Of a DNA stretch of 64,000 bases, positions 62,946 to 64,000 are shown piece by piece. A program made the position numbers and the translations under genes. Origin of the DNA: Lama glama (lineage: Eukaryota); contig CM052817.1 of assembly GCA_028534125.1 (NCBI GenBank), positions 41,480,001 to 41,544,000 of the forward strand, written 5' to 3'. The notes beneath the pieces are model-generated. The model saw only the letters and a program-made list of their open reading frames with translations, did no database searches and was not told where the DNA came from. Position 1 is the stretch's first letter. The number at the start of each line of letters is the position of its first letter.

Positions 62946-64000
62946 AAAGTCAATTGATACAAAATCTTATGCAATGGAACATAAAGTGGGGCTGGAAAAA
63001 AAATAACGTTTTAATTAAAGTCAATATATTCATGTTTAGGTGATTTCTGCCTTGTTCTCAAACCACAGGGTCTTTCCTTAGGTGTCTACTAGGTCGTTCA
63101 AAGCAGGTGCAGTAGAGGAGTCTGCCTTCTACAAGACAGAAATATCTCATCTTCATGATGAGTTCTAGATCTTAATTCTGCAACTGGTTGGAGTGGGATA
63201 GAATTTTAAAACAACTCCGAAACCACCCTGCTGGCGGAAATGGGAACTGCTGATATTAGAAGCAACGGGCAGCTTCAAAGTGCTCTCAGCTCAACCTATC
63301 AAACCTTAAACTTCTCTTTGCGACATGCTGGTGTCCCTTGGAAGTGTTACAAATTGAGCTTCAGATCAAAGGCAGTAGAAATCACAGCCCCGAAGGGTTC
63401 ATGCAACTCGAAGATGCAAGTTCCCTCACCAGGCAAGCCGTCTACCTCTGCATTATAAAATCATCCAAACATTACCAACAGCTCCAAGTTTCCCAATTCA
63501 TATTATTGACACCAGAATATGGTCTCCAGCTTCCATACAGCATTTGTCTCTGTGACCTTTTCAACTGTCAAAATTTGGGTATTGTGTCATTAATTTCTCC
63601 CATTTCTAACGAGTAAGATGAGTTAATGAAATTACATAGGCTTGACCCAATTTTAAAAGTCTGTGCATGTCCATATGTATGTATATCAGTGTTTATAGTG
63701 ATGGAAAACCTCCAGAAAGCAGGGCTGAAGTCCTATAAACACCAAAATTTTCTCTTAAATTAGTCCATTTTGGGAAAAGCTCTGTCACATGGTTCTTACA
63801 CGTAATTGCCTCACCTCTGAACTGCTGCATTCACATCTGGCCTGAACCCCCATGAGGGGGGGTTGGTTTTGACTGTAACCTGATGGCAGTTTGCCTGTGT
63901 TTCGAGTCTGAAAATGTAGTTGGCTTGTATTCTGAGTCCATGGGTTGGAAAGAACCATACCTCCTTCCTCGCTTCAATGACACTGAAGTGGAGCTAGCAC

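Noticed and set aside
55000..64000. BMP3 3' end, expected by synteny on the minus strand
   Set aside because: No TGF-beta-family coding sequence is visible; any UTR overlap cannot be recognised from sequence alone.
1..64000. Prokaryotic-type systems (CRISPR arrays, operons, defence islands) or intact retroviral/transposase ORFs
   Set aside because: The sequence is a mammalian intron-exon locus; no regularly spaced repeat arrays or long intact ORFs are present.

Overview
Mammalian genomic DNA, most likely a camelid. That call is an inference from four Vic-1-like tRNA-derived SINEs and camelid-type L1 3' ends, with no Alu, Bov-A/BovB or PRE-1 seen. The window holds the 3' part of PRKG2 (cGMP-dependent protein kinase II) on the + strand. 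Eleven coding exons run from 312 to 41755 (probably exons 9-19 in human-style numbering). All have GT-AG boundaries and consistent phases, and they encode residues ~362-762: end of cNMP-binding domain B, the whole kinase domain and the AGC C-tail. A ~1.9 kb 3' UTR follows, then ~20 kb of intergenic DNA (BMP3 is the expected tail-to-tail neighbour by synteny but is not visible here). The rest is mostly interspersed repeats: L1, L2, MIR, MaLR/ERV LTRs, hAT MITEs and SINEs. I found no clearly new biological system. The best observations are: a full-length RPL39 processed pseudogene with a perfect 14-bp TSD inside an MLT1 LTR; an unexplained ~1.2 kb TSD-flanked insert splitting an old L1; a conserved internal splice donor that would delete the kinase Gly-rich loop; conserved codons at recalled dwarfism-mutation sites; and a candidate three-exon spliced transcript downstream of the gene. 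Repeat family names and boundaries are by eye and approximate. Human residue numbers and literature are recalled, not looked up.
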